This document shows, in pieces, positions 26,003-35,533 of a stretch of DNA of 38,157 nt. The stretch comes from Mycobacteriales bacterium (GTDB taxonomy: Bacteria; Actinomycetota; Actinomycetes; Mycobacteriales; QHCE01): positions 1 through 38,157 of the forward strand of contig DATATO010000059.1 in the NCBI GenBank assembly GCA_036268755.1. The letters run 5' to 3'. The translations under genes were made by a program, and so were the position numbers. Under the pieces are notes generated by a model. That model did no database searches, had not been told where the DNA came from, and saw only the letters and a program-made list of their open reading frames with translations. The first letter of the stretch is position 1. Each line of letters starts with the position of its first letter.

Positions 26003-29000
26003 ATGTCCGAACCCGTGCCGTTGGCGGCCACCGCGCGCGAGGTGGCATGGCACGGTGACACCGCCGACGCGCTGACCGGGCTGCATCGCAACAAGCGACT
26101 GTGGCACTTGGGGGGGTGGCAATTGTTGGCCCTCACGGCGGCAGGCTCTGCCGCCGGTGATCCAGCCGATGTAGTCGGCGTGACGGCCTGGGGGGCGCTG
26201 TCATACGTCCCGCTCGCCGCTCCCGCCGCCGTGATCGCGTCACTGACCTACGGCGTCTCCAAGGGGTTGGAGAACCGCAAAGTCGCGACCGCCGCCCGCC
26301 GGCAACAAGTGGTGCGTGATCTGCTCGAGGAGCCGGTGGATCTCATGGTGCTGCGTGATTCGCGGCACCGCAGCCCGGTCGGCGCCCGGCTGGCGCTGCG
26401 CTGGTATGGGTTGGACGGGCAGGCCGAACGGGCGCACGCGCCGGAGCTCGCCCACCGGCTGGCCCGGCTGCTGGAGCGCACCGCCGACACCGGAATAGAC
26501 ACGTTCGTTTTCGGTGAGCGGGGCCTGTCGCGGCTGACCGGCGGCGAAGACGGAGACTTCGGTCGGTCGGCGCCGGGAAGCGGCAAGCCGACCTCGCTAA
26601 CCCACGACGTCACAGATCCCCGTGACGACGCCAGGGTGCGGGTGGCCACCAGGGCGCAGTGCGAGAACGCGCTTCTCGCGCTACGGCGCCCGCCCGATCC
26701 CGAGCCGAGGCCGGCCCCCGAGGATGACATCGAGCGGATCCTCGCCATGCTGGCGGGTTACGAGCGGGGTGCGCCGATCGTCGGCCTGGCCCGCCGGCTG
26801 GACCTGCACAGCGCGACCGGGCTGGACCGGCTGGCGGCAATACTGCGACGCCAGTTGGTCGCCGATCTCGACGAAGGGTCACAGACGGTAGAGCAAATTG
26901 ACGAGGACGGCACCCGGGTGCGCCTCCGCAGCGACTCGACCGTTGTCATCAACCGCGGCTATATCAACAGGTCCCAGTCGTTCCGCAACCTGTCGGGCGC
27001 GCAGCAGCTGCGTACCGGCCGGAATCGGCACCTGCTCACCACTACCGGCCACCCGTCGCTGGAGAGTCTGGTCGCCGCGGTCCTCGCGCCCGCTGCGCGC
27101 GGTGGGCGGCATCGGACGCAGGCGGAGACCGCGCTGCTGCTGCTTGTCCAGCGGCGACGCGACGGGCTGCGGGGGGACCATCGACCGCCGGTGACGCGCA
27201 CGACGACGGCCGGAACGGTGGCGGCTCGTGTCGGGGATCCCGTACAACGGGCCCCGGGCGACACGCTGTACGCCAACCTCGCGAGCGCCCGGCCCCTCCG
27301 TACCCTGCGGGGTCGCGTGCGGCCCGGCATTTCGCGCGAGGAGCGCCCCGCCTCGCGCCTGGAGTACTACACCCGGCATGTGGGTGATCTCAAACGCCCA
27401 TGGGGACGGGCCCCGTTTTCGGCGAACTCGAGGCCCATCAAGGCGGTAGCCGCGGTGGGGATCGCCTCGGTAATGTTCTTGATTCCGTGGGGGGGCAGCA
27501 AGATGGCCGAGATGGCCCACGACAACGCCGTGGTCTCCGCCGTACGTGAGGTGAGCACGGCGGTCGACGAAGAGACGATCGAGGCCGTCGAGCGTTGGCT
27601 GGCACAGCACATGGGTGGATCGGCCGCGAAGCCGCCGACCGTATACGAGATCGGCGGCGGCATGTTCGGCATCGGGGACGTCCCGTCGCCGAGCAACGAC
27701 GTGTTGTTCGACGTCGCCGGCCTGGACGGTTCCGGCGCAAGCGGGTACTGGTACACCGCGATCGGAAACGTCATCGACCCCCGGCCGATCGTGAGCCGGG
27801 ACGGACCCATCATCGACGGTCGCCACGAGGTGGTCGCCGACCCCGTCGCGGTACCCGAGCGACCGGCCGAGGGGGTCGACCTCCGCTTCTCGGTCACCGC
27901 GCCGCTGCCCGCGATCGGCGGCGATGAAGGTTCCGAGGTTCATCTTCCCGTAAAATCCGGCACGCGGCTGGCGGCCCTGGAAATCACCGGCGCGAATCCG
28001 ACACACGCTGATTTCTCCTTTCAGCCCCAGATCTATCAGGACGAGACCGGCATGTATCAGATCGATCTGACGGCACCCCAGCTGCGCGGCATCTCCTCGC
28101 CGACGCTGCGCTACTGGCTCGCGCCCGATCCCGCGGCCGTGCCTCGTGCCATCGGCCCGATGTACGTCAAGAGCGACGCGCCCGCGGCGGATTCCGATGA
28201 GATTCCACTCGCATACACCCCGCTCAAGGAGTTCATGACCGACCGGCAGCGCGCCCGAGTGCTGCACGCCCTCGGGCTGCCGCCCGCCGCGGGCGATGCC
28301 GAGGCCTTCGCCGCCGTCCAGGAACATGCCTACAGCTTCACGCCGTTCGCCGACGCCGACACCACGCTCGACCGGCTCGCCCCCGGATACCGCGGCGCGA
28401 CCGGCGCGGAACGGCTGACGCTGGCCGGGGAGGCTATGGCCGGGCTCCCGGCGGACAACTGCAACCTGGCCATGGCGGCGGCCACGCTGGCGACCGGCGG
28501 TAGGTTCGACGGCCAGGACACGAACGTGGCCTCGGGCTTCGTGGTTCTCGACGATGGGATGATCCGAGCCTCGCGGTACCACACCTGGCCGGTGGACCAG
28601 CGCGGCGAGATTCACGATCCCACCCCGGCCGGCGCCGGACCGCTGCGTCAGCTCCACGCCGAGCAGCGGGGTGGGCCCGACCTCGCCGACAACGCCCTGG
28701 AGCTCGGCAGTCTACTCGCGGCCGGGGCCGCGTGGCGCAGGCGAGACCGGATCCAGGCTCGGCGGGCGCGCAAGGCCGCGGCGGGTTATGGCCGCATGCT
28801 CGACGGCGCCGACCCCCGGCGAGCGGCGGCATTCTCGGCCGCGGTCTCCGTGCTGAATTACCTGCGCTGGGCCCCCGAGGGCTCGCCGCCGCCCACGGGG
28901 GAGGCCCTAAGCTCGGAGCGCCCTCTCGAGGACCGGCTGAGATCTCAACCGCAGACCCCAGGAACCAGCTACGACGACGTCGTGCGAGAGGCCGGGCGGC

Positions 29001-29113
29001 GGGGCGTCAAGCTCGACCGTCGCGAGCGCAAGGCGCTCCGCGAACTCACGAGGTCCGATTCGCCCCCGGTGCGGGCCGCCCGCTCCCGGGCGGGGCGGTC
29101 TGGCTCGGCGTAA
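26003..29113 (+). CDS. 1036-aa Arg-rich membrane protein with a C-terminal transglutaminase-like cysteine-protease core
   Basis: ATG at 26003. Hydrophobic segments lie near residues 40-85, ~490-510 and ~900. The TGase-like triad context is DNC(820)NLAMAAATLA...YH(860)TWPVDQRGEIHD(872)PTP, with codons at 28460-62, 28580-82 and 28616-18. Confidence 0.7.
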   Translation: MSEPVPLAATAREVAWHGDTADALTGLHRNKRLWHLGGWQLLALTAAGSAAGDPADVVGVTAWGALSYVPLAAPAAVIASLTYGVSKGLENRKVATAARRQQVVRDLLEEPVDLMVLRDSRHRSPVGARLALRWYGLDGQAERAHAPELAHRLARLLERTADTGIDTFVFGERGLSRLTGGEDGDFGRSAPGSGKPTSLTHDVTDPRDDARVRVATRAQCENALLALRRPPDPEPRPAPEDDIERILAMLAGYERGAPIVGLARRLDLHSATGLDRLAAILRRQLVADLDEGSQTVEQIDEDGTRVRLRSDSTVVINRGYINRSQSFRNLSGAQQLRTGRNRHLLTTTGHPSLESLVAAVLAPAARGGRHRTQAETALLLLVQRRRDGLRGDHRPPVTRTTTAGTVAARVGDPVQRAPGDTLYANLASARPLRTLRGRVRPGISREERPASRLEYYTRHVGDLKRPWGRAPFSANSRPIKAVAAVGIASVMFLIPWGGSKMAEMAHDNAVVSAVREVSTAVDEETIEAVERWLAQHMGGSAAKPPTVYEIGGGMFGIGDVPSPSNDVLFDVAGLDGSGASGYWYTAIGNVIDPRPIVSRDGPIIDGRHEVVADPVAVPERPAEGVDLRFSVTAPLPAIGGDEGSEVHLPVKSGTRLAALEITGANPTHADFSFQPQIYQDETGMYQIDLTAPQLRGISSPTLRYWLAPDPAAVPRAIGPMYVKSDAPAADSDEIPLAYTPLKEFMTDRQRARVLHALGLPPAAGDAEAFAAVQEHAYSFTPFADADTTLDRLAPGYRGATGAERLTLAGEAMAGLPADNCNLAMAAATLATGGRFDGQDTNVASGFVVLDDGMIRASRYHTWPVDQRGEIHDPTPAGAGPLRQLHAEQRGGPDLADNALELGSLLAAGAAWRRRDRIQARRARKAAAGYGRMLDGADPRRAAAFSAAVSVLNYLRWAPEGSPPPTGEALSSERPLEDRLRSQPQTPGTSYDDVVREAGRRGVKLDRRERKALRELTRSDSPPVRAARSRAGRSGSA

Positions 29114-29116
29114 GCC

Positions 29117-29722
29117 CTAAAGCGGGTCACCGAGCTCCACCTGAGGGTCTGGGTTGCGCCACCGGCGAAACACCACCGAGCGCATGATCGCGTAACCATA
29201 CAACCCGACGCCGTGCGGTTCCTCCGGCAACCGCGCGGTAAGCGCCTTACGGAGCTGGCGGACCAGTAGGAAGATGTCGCCGACCATGACCACGATTAGG
29301 AACAGCCACAGGTCGGACACGATGGTCCGTATCTGTGGCGGCAACGGTATAAACTGCTGGGTCCCGAGCATGACCACAAGCGTTCCTATGAAGAACAAGG
29401 GCCCAAGGTTCCGACGGGAGTCCACGACGTCGCGCGCCAGCTGACGCACCGGCCCCTGGTCCCGCTTGGGCAGATAGTTGTCGTCGCCACGGCGCATGCC
29501 GTCGAACCGTTCCGCGCGCTCCGACTTGAGCTGCTGCCGCATCCGCTTGCGGGCCTCTTTGTTGTCCTTAGGGGGAGCCGTCAACGCGGGGCGCCGCTCG
29601 CGCTTGGGGGTCGGGCGTCCCTTGGGGGCCGTGTAGTTTTTCGTCCCGACGGTGTCCTCGATCTCAGAGGATTCGGGGTTCGCCGATTCGTGCTTTGCCG
29701 CTTTACCTGCCACGGTTCTCAA
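29117..29722 (-). CDS. DUF3043-like membrane protein
   Basis: A basic N-terminal region (YTAPKGRPTPKRERR...KEARKRMRQQLK) is followed by two TM helices (LGPLFFIGTLVVML, LWLFLIVVMVGDIFLL). The start is either TTG at 29722 or GTG at 29713. The family assignment is from memory. Confidence 0.65.
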   Translation of the reverse strand: MRTVAGKAAKHESANPESSEIEDTVGTKNYTAPKGRPTPKRERRPALTAPPKDNKEARKRMRQQLKSERAERFDGMRRGDDNYLPKRDQGPVRQLARDVVDSRRNLGPLFFIGTLVVMLGTQQFIPLPPQIRTIVSDLWLFLIVVMVGDIFLLVRQLRKALTARLPEEPHGVGLYGYAIMRSVVFRRWRNPDPQVELGDPL

Positions 29723-29758
29723 GCTTACGGTACGGCCGCTGTAACGTCCGAGCGCGGA

Positions 29759-30964
29759 TTACGGCAGCGCCAGCATCGTCTCCAGCGCCCGCCGCGCGCC
29801 GGCCGCGACCGCCGAGTCGACCCGAATCTGGTTCGCCACTTTGCCGGCCGCCAGCGACTCCAGCGAGGCGACCAGGTGCGGCAGGTCGATTCGGTTCATC
29901 GTTGAGCAGTAGCAGACGGTGCGGTCCAGGAAAACGATTTTCTTGTCCGGATGGGCCAGTGCGAGCCGACGGACCAGGTTCAGCTCCGTGCCGACGGCCC
30001 AGGTAGACCCGGCCGGTGCCGCCTCGATCGCCTGGATGATGAACTCGGTGGAACCGACCATGTCCGCTCCTGTGACCACCTCGTGCTTGCACTCGGGGTG
30101 CACCAGCACCGTGACGTCGGCGAGCCGCTCCCGGACGTCGTTCACCGAGTCCAGCGTGAACCGGCCGTGTACCGAGCAGTGCCCACGCCACAGGATCATC
30201 CGGGCCTCGCGCAGCTGCCGCGAGGTGAGGCCGCCGTTCGGCTTATGCGGGTTGTAGACCACGCAGTCGGAAAGGCTCATGCCCAGCTCGAGCACCGCCG
30301 TGTTACGGCCCAGGTGCTGGTCGGGCAGGAATAACACCCGCTCGCCCTGCCCGAATGCCCACTCGAGCGCGCGCTTGGCGTTGGACGAGGTGCAGACGAC
30401 GCCGCCGTGGTCGCCGGTGAACCCCTTGATCGCAGCCGAGGAGTTCATATAGGTTACTGGGACGCAGCCCTCGGCCACGCCGGCGTCCTCCAGTGCGTCC
30501 CAGCAGCGGCGGACCTGTTCGATCGCCGCCATATCTGCCATCGAGCAGCCCGCCGCCAGGTCGGGCAGGATCACCGCCTGCTGCGGCCCGGTGAGGATGT
30601 CCGCCGACTCGGCCATGAAGTGCACGCCGCAAAACACGATGAACTCGGCGTCAGGCCGCGCCGCGGCCTGCTGCGCGAGTTTGAACGAGTCGCCGGTGAC
30701 GTCGGCGAACTCGATCACCTCGTCTCGCTGATAGTGGTGACCCAGGATGAAGGCTCGGTCGCCGAGTTTGGCGCGAGCCGCTCGGGCGCGCTCGACCAGG
30801 TTGGGGTCCGACGGCGACGGCAGCTCGCCTGGGCAGTCGACGCCGCGCTCCGATTCGGCATCGCTGCCGCGGCCGAGCAGCAGCAGCGCGGTTGCGGTGG
30901 CGCTCGGCTCGACCCAGCCGGCGTCGACGGGGCGGGGGAATGTGGTGGTTGCGGTACCGGTCAC
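29759..30964 (-). CDS. nadA: Quinolinate synthase NadA
   Basis: Reads ILGHHYQRDEVIEFADVTGDSFKLA...FCGVHFMAESADIL...PDLAAGCSMADMA...YMNSSAAIKG...VCTSSNA...LPDQHLGRN...WRGHCSVH...VHPEC. About 50 extra N-terminal residues are present. Confidence 0.9.
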   Translation of the reverse strand: MTGTATTTFPRPVDAGWVEPSATATALLLLGRGSDAESERGVDCPGELPSPSDPNLVERARAARAKLGDRAFILGHHYQRDEVIEFADVTGDSFKLAQQAAARPDAEFIVFCGVHFMAESADILTGPQQAVILPDLAAGCSMADMAAIEQVRRCWDALEDAGVAEGCVPVTYMNSSAAIKGFTGDHGGVVCTSSNAKRALEWAFGQGERVLFLPDQHLGRNTAVLELGMSLSDCVVYNPHKPNGGLTSRQLREARMILWRGHCSVHGRFTLDSVNDVRERLADVTVLVHPECKHEVVTGADMVGSTEFIIQAIEAAPAGSTWAVGTELNLVRRLALAHPDKKIVFLDRTVCYCSTMNRIDLPHLVASLESLAAGKVANQIRVDSAVAAGARRALETMLALP

Positions 30965-30988
30965 CGTTCCATCGTGCCCCCGCGAAGC

Positions 30989-31015
30989 CGATCGCCGCAG
31001 CCATTGCGGCGATCG
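30989..31015 (-). terminator. GC-rich stem-loop between the serine-hydrolase stop and the nadA start (terminator or operator)
   Basis: cgatcgccgca-gccat-tgcggcgatcg forms a perfect 11-bp stem with a 5-nt loop. No U-tract follows on the transcribed (minus) strand. Confidence 0.4.
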
Positions 31016-31021
31016 TCACAG

Positions 31022-32469
31022 TCAGGGACTGTCGTCGATTGTCACGTTCAGCGTCTGGACTTTCGGTGGGTCCTGCGGGTTGAGTCGGATCTCGCAGCGC
31101 AGGACGCCGCGGTCACCTCGGACGTTCCACACCGCATGCGCCGGCGAGTCCGAACGAATCAACTCGTCCGGGGGCGTCGGATCGGTCAGCGGCCCCACGG
31201 CGTTGACCGCGCTCTGTATCTGCGCCTGCCGATGATCCAGGTCGAGGTCCATCTCGACATTGTCCGCGAACCACTGCTCGATCACATTGGTGTCCCACTC
31301 GCGCAGCAGCTCCTCAACGGCGGCTCGCACCTGAACCGTCTCGGGCCAGGGCTCCTGACCCGAGGGATCGGTCACGTCCGCCAAGAGGGCCCGCAGGGCA
31401 GCCGTCGCCTGTGCCGAGCCCGTGACATACCGCCCGTTGGTCAACGTGACGATCCCAAGGCCGGTGTCGGGATGCCAGCGCATGTGTGATCCGAAGCCCG
31501 GGTATCCGCCGCTGTGGGAGATCACGGGTCCATAGACCGGGTCGTTCTCGACCACCAGGCCGTAGCCGTATCCCGAGGTGACTGCGTCTTTGTCCTTGGT
31601 GCAGCGAGCCAGAGGAATGACCCGGTGAATCTGTTGCATTTCTCGGCGTGAGGCCCGGTGCAGTGGTCCGAGATCCGCACCGTCGCGAGCCGGGAAAGCG
31701 TCGGCGAGCCAGCGCATCCATCGGGCGAGGTCCTCGACCGTGCTGAACAGCCCGCCCATGGCAGAGAACACTCCAGGGTTCGAGAACGGCACCGCTTGCC
31801 ATCGCCCGTTCAGCTTGACGTGGCCTGTGGCGACTCTGTCCGACTCCGTCACCGATGTGTCGAAACCGGTCGAGGTCATGCCCAACGGGTGTATGAGATG
31901 TTGAGCCACGAAATCGTGATACGGCAGCCCCGAGGCGGCCTCGATGGCGCAGCCCAGAACGGCGAATCCCAGGTTGGAGTATTCATAGCCGGTGCCGGGG
32001 GTGTGACGAATCGGACGCCATCGGTCAGGAGACGTCCGAAGGCGTCCCGACTCATCGATTCCTGCCGGTCCGCCCACGCGTCGTCCGTCGGCAGACCGCC
32101 CGACATGGACAGCAACATGCCTATGGCGACCTGTGGGGAATCCGATGTTGGGAGTCGGAGTGCGCCGAATTCGGGAACGAATCGGCTCACCGGATCCGTG
32201 AGGCTCAACGCTCCCTGTTCGACCAAAATCATGATCGCCGCGGCCGTGAAGCTTTTGGTCATGGATACGATACGGAAGGCGGTCGTTGCGTCCGGACGTG
32301 GGCCAGGCTCGCGCGCGACGCCGTGACCGGCGGTACGGACGATTCCCGCACGGTTCACGACGCCGTAGGAGATTCCGGGTACTACGTCGTCGTCCACCAG
32401 TGAGCGGAACCTGGCGTCCACGTCATCGAGCGTCCGACTGCTCGGTGCCCGGCGTGCCGATAGCGTCAT
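31022..32469 (-). pseudogene. Serine hydrolase (beta-lactamase/PBP4-like, SxxK family) interrupted by a frameshift
   Basis: The upstream ORF (32469->) carries SMTKSF (SxxK) and keeps family-like sequence up to ...FGRLLTDGVRF (~32008). The continuation HTPGTGYEYSNLGF...HSGGYPGFGS is in the other frame (ORF 31022-32077). The switch lies at about 31997-32010, next to a C5/G5 run (31997-32001). Confidence 0.7.
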
Positions 32470-33143
32470 ATGGCCTCTTCCGCCGGACCTCGCAGCTCAT
32501 CGATGATGTCGTCCGTGCTGCCACCCTGCTTGAGGATGCCGTAGACGCTCTCAATTGGGCTAGAGCGCTCGCCGCCCGGCTTCCACAGCACGTCGCCGTC
32601 GGGGTTGGCGGTCCTGGCCAGGATGAACAACAGATCCGAGAGGCGGTTGAGATATACCGCCGGTGTGGCGGCCGTTGCGGGCTCGGCCGCCACGAGTGCC
32701 CAGACCGAGCGCTCCGCGCGGCGGGTCACCGCCCGCGCCTGATGCAGCAGCGCCGCGCCGGGGGAGCCGCCGGGCAGTACGAAGCTGTTCAGCGGGGCCA
32801 GCTCGGCGTTGAACTCGTCGCACCAGTTCTCCAGTCGGGTGACTTGTTCCGGCGTGACCCGCAGCGGCGGCGTCTTCCGCTCCGACGCACCGGCGGTGGA
32901 CTCGGGTACGCACAGGTCCGCCCCCACGTCGAACAGGTCGTTCTGAACGACGGTCAGCAACCGCCGCAATTCCTCGGGCAGGGCGCCGAGTGCCTGCGCG
33001 ACCCCGATCGCACAGTTGGTCTCGTCGGCGTCTGCGTAGGCGACGATCCGTGGGTGCGTCTTGGATACCCGGCTGAAGTCGCCCAGCGCGGTGCTGCCCG
33101 CGTCGCCGGTCTTCGTATAGATGCGCGTGAGGTGAACGGCCAT
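32466..33143 (-). CDS. PduO-type ATP:cob(I)alamin adenosyltransferase
   Basis: Reads IYTKTGDAGSTALGDFSRVSKTHPRIVAYADADETNCAIGVA...VQNDLFDVGADL...FVLPGGSPGAALLHQARAVTRRAER. Its stop overlaps the hydrolase start as ATGA (32466-32469). Confidence 0.9.
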   Translation of the reverse strand: MAVHLTRIYTKTGDAGSTALGDFSRVSKTHPRIVAYADADETNCAIGVAQALGALPEELRRLLTVVQNDLFDVGADLCVPESTAGASERKTPPLRVTPEQVTRLENWCDEFNAELAPLNSFVLPGGSPGAALLHQARAVTRRAERSVWALVAAEPATAATPAVYLNRLSDLLFILARTANPDGDVLWKPGGERSSPIESVYGILKQGGSTDDIIDELRGPAEEAI

Positions 33144-33306
33144 GCCGCCAGCCTAGGCGCTGTGGCTTTCCCGTTCCTCCGTTCGCCCTCCCTCTATGTC
33201 CCGCCCCCCTTTGACGCCGAACGCAACCGCAGGGTTGGTTTCAGGCGCAATATCGACCGTGAGGTTGCGCTCGGCGTCCATAGGGCCGGGGCTCTAGGAT
33301 GGCGCG

Positions 33307-34620
33307 GTGGAGATCTTCCGAGTGCACGGCGGCGGCCGCCTCGACGGCGAGGTCGTCGTCGGCGGCGCCAAAAATAGCGTGCTGAAACTGATGGCCCTGT
33401 CCCTGCTCGCGCCCGGGCAGACGGTGCTGCACAACGCGCCGCGCATCGCCGACGCGTCGATCATGAGTGAGGTGCTCCGGCGGTTGGGCTGCCACGTCGA
33501 GATAGAGCCCGACGCCACCAGCCGCGCCGGCACCAACACGGTCATCATCGACGTGCCCGATGACGTCGGTACTGAGGCCGACTACGACCTCGTCCGCCGG
33601 CTGCGCGCCTCGATCAACGTGCTCGGCCCGCTGCTGGCCCGCCGCGGTCACGTCAAGGTCGCTCACCCAGGCGGGGACGCCATCGGCTCGCGCGGCCTGG
33701 ACTATCACATCGCCGGCCTGCGCAGCATGGGCGCCGAGATCACCAGTGAGCACGGCTTCGTCATCGCCACCGCCGACCGGTTGCGCGGCGCGAATATCGT
33801 GCTGGAGTTTCCCAGCGTGGGCGCCACCGAGAACCTGCTGGCCGCGGCGGTGCTGGCCAAGGGCGGCACCGTGATCGACAACGCGGCGCGCGAGCCGGAG
33901 ATCGACAACATTGTGGCCATGCTGAACGCGATGGGCGCCCAGGTCTCCGGTGCCGGTACCTCCACGCTGGAGGTCGACGGCGTCGATGTGCTGCACCCCG
34001 TCACTCATCGCACCCTGCCGGACCGCATCGTGGCCGGGACCTGGGCCTATGCGGCGGCCGTCACCCAGGGCGATGTGCTGGTCAGCAGCGCGGATGCCTC
34101 GCATCTGCGGGTTGCGCTGGACAAGCTCAGCCATGCCGGCGCGCACGTCACGGATCTGGGTGACGATCCCGTCACGGGTGGGTTCCGGGTGCAGATGACG
34201 CAGCGCCCCCGCGCCGTCGACATCGTGACGTTGCCGTTCCCCGGTTTCGCCACGGACATGCTGCCGATGGCCATCGCGCTTGCCGCGGTCAGCGACGGCG
34301 CCTCGCTGCTCACCGAGAACGTCTTCGACGCCCGTTTCATGTTCGCCAACGAGATGTCCCGACTCGGTGCAGAAATTCGCACCGACGGACACCACGCCGT
34401 GGTCCGGGGCAAGGGCTGGCTGTCCGGCGCGCCCGTGCGAGCAACGGACATTCGCGCCGGCGCCGGCCTGGTGATGGCCGCGCTACGGGCGGAGGGTGTC
34501 ACCGACGTGTCGGACGTCTTTCACATCGACCGTGGCTACCCCGATTTTGTGCCGCAGCTTCGGGCGTTGGGGGCAGAGGTTGAGCGGCTCAAGGTCCCCG
34601 ACCCCGAGCTGAATCTTTAA
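33307..34620 (+). CDS. murA: UDP-N-acetylglucosamine 1-carboxyvinyltransferase MurA
   Basis: GTG start. Reads [22 protein letters not shown]...[15 protein letters not shown]...[11 protein letters not shown]...EPEIDNIV...DRGYPDF. Asp (GAC at 33676-33678) sits where E. coli MurA has Cys115. Confidence 0.95.
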   Translation: MEIFRVHGGGRLDGEVVVGGAKNSVLKLMALSLLAPGQTVLHNAPRIADASIMSEVLRRLGCHVEIEPDATSRAGTNTVIIDVPDDVGTEADYDLVRRLRASINVLGPLLARRGHVKVAHPGGDAIGSRGLDYHIAGLRSMGAEITSEHGFVIATADRLRGANIVLEFPSVGATENLLAAAVLAKGGTVIDNAAREPEIDNIVAMLNAMGAQVSGAGTSTLEVDGVDVLHPVTHRTLPDRIVAGTWAYAAAVTQGDVLVSSADASHLRVALDKLSHAGAHVTDLGDDPVTGGFRVQMTQRPRAVDIVTLPFPGFATDMLPMAIALAAVSDGASLLTENVFDARFMFANEMSRLGAEIRTDGHHAVVRGKGWLSGAPVRATDIRAGAGLVMAALRAEGVTDVSDVFHIDRGYPDFVPQLRALGAEVERLKVPDPELNL

Positions 34621-34669
34621 GAAGGCTCCCAAACACCCCCTAACACCGAAACGATGCGGGAGACGGGCC

Positions 34670-35533
34670 ATGCACCAGCCAGGTGAGTTGTTTGTTGTCG
34701 GCGCCGGACTGATGGGCTCCGGCATCGCCCAGACCGCCGCGCAGGCGGGCTGGCAGGTCGCGCTGCACGACGCCTCCCCGCACGCGGTGACTACCGCGCG
34801 GGAGAATATCGACACCTCGCTGCGCCGATTCGTCGCCAAGGGCACGATGACGGAGGAGCAGGCCGCGGCGACCCGAGGCCGGATAACCCTGGCGGCCCCG
34901 CTGCGCGACGCGGCCGGCGCAGCCATTGTGGTCGAGGCCGTCTTCGAGGATCTCGAGCTCAAGCGCCGGGTGTTCGCCGAGCTCGACGAGGTCTGCGGGG
35001 CCGACACACTGCTGGCCTCCAACACCAGCGCGATCCCGATTACCGAGATCGCCGCCAACCTTGCGGCCCCGGAACGGGTCGTCGGTACCCATTTCTTCTC
35101 CCCGGTGCAGCTGATGCCGCTGTGCGAAGTGGTGCGGGGGGAACGCACCGCCGAATCGGCCTTGGCGCGCGCGGTGGCGTTCGCCGAGCAGCTGGGAAAG
35201 ACCACGGTTGTCGTCCGCAAGGACGTGGCCGGTTTCGTCACGACCCGACTCGTCGTGGCGCTGGTGATGGAGGCGGTACGCCTCGTCGAGGCGGGGGTCG
35301 CCACACCGGAGGACATCGACACGGCCTGCCGCCTGGGGTTCGGACACCGGATGGGCCCCCTCGCCACCTGCGACCTCACCGGCGCGGACGTGCTGCGGGC
35401 CGCCACCAATGTGATCCACGCCGAGTCCGGGCAGGATACGTTTGTGGTGCCCGGGCTGCTGAACCGCATGGTCGCGGCGGGCGAACTCGGCCGCAAGACC
35501 GGCCGCGGTTTCTACGACTACGACGCCCGCTAG
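34670..35533 (+). CDS. 3-hydroxyacyl/3-hydroxybutyryl-CoA dehydrogenase (NAD-binding)
   Basis: Reads VVGAGLMGSGIAQTAAQAG...ASNTSAIPITEIA...GTHFFSPVQLMPLCEVV...GFVTTRL...DIDTACRLGFGHRMGPL...GRKTGRGFYDY. Confidence 0.9.
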   Translation: MHQPGELFVVGAGLMGSGIAQTAAQAGWQVALHDASPHAVTTARENIDTSLRRFVAKGTMTEEQAAATRGRITLAAPLRDAAGAAIVVEAVFEDLELKRRVFAELDEVCGADTLLASNTSAIPITEIAANLAAPERVVGTHFFSPVQLMPLCEVVRGERTAESALARAVAFAEQLGKTTVVVRKDVAGFVTTRLVVALVMEAVRLVEAGVATPEDIDTACRLGFGHRMGPLATCDLTGADVLRAATNVIHAESGQDTFVVPGLLNRMVAAGELGRKTGRGFYDYDAR

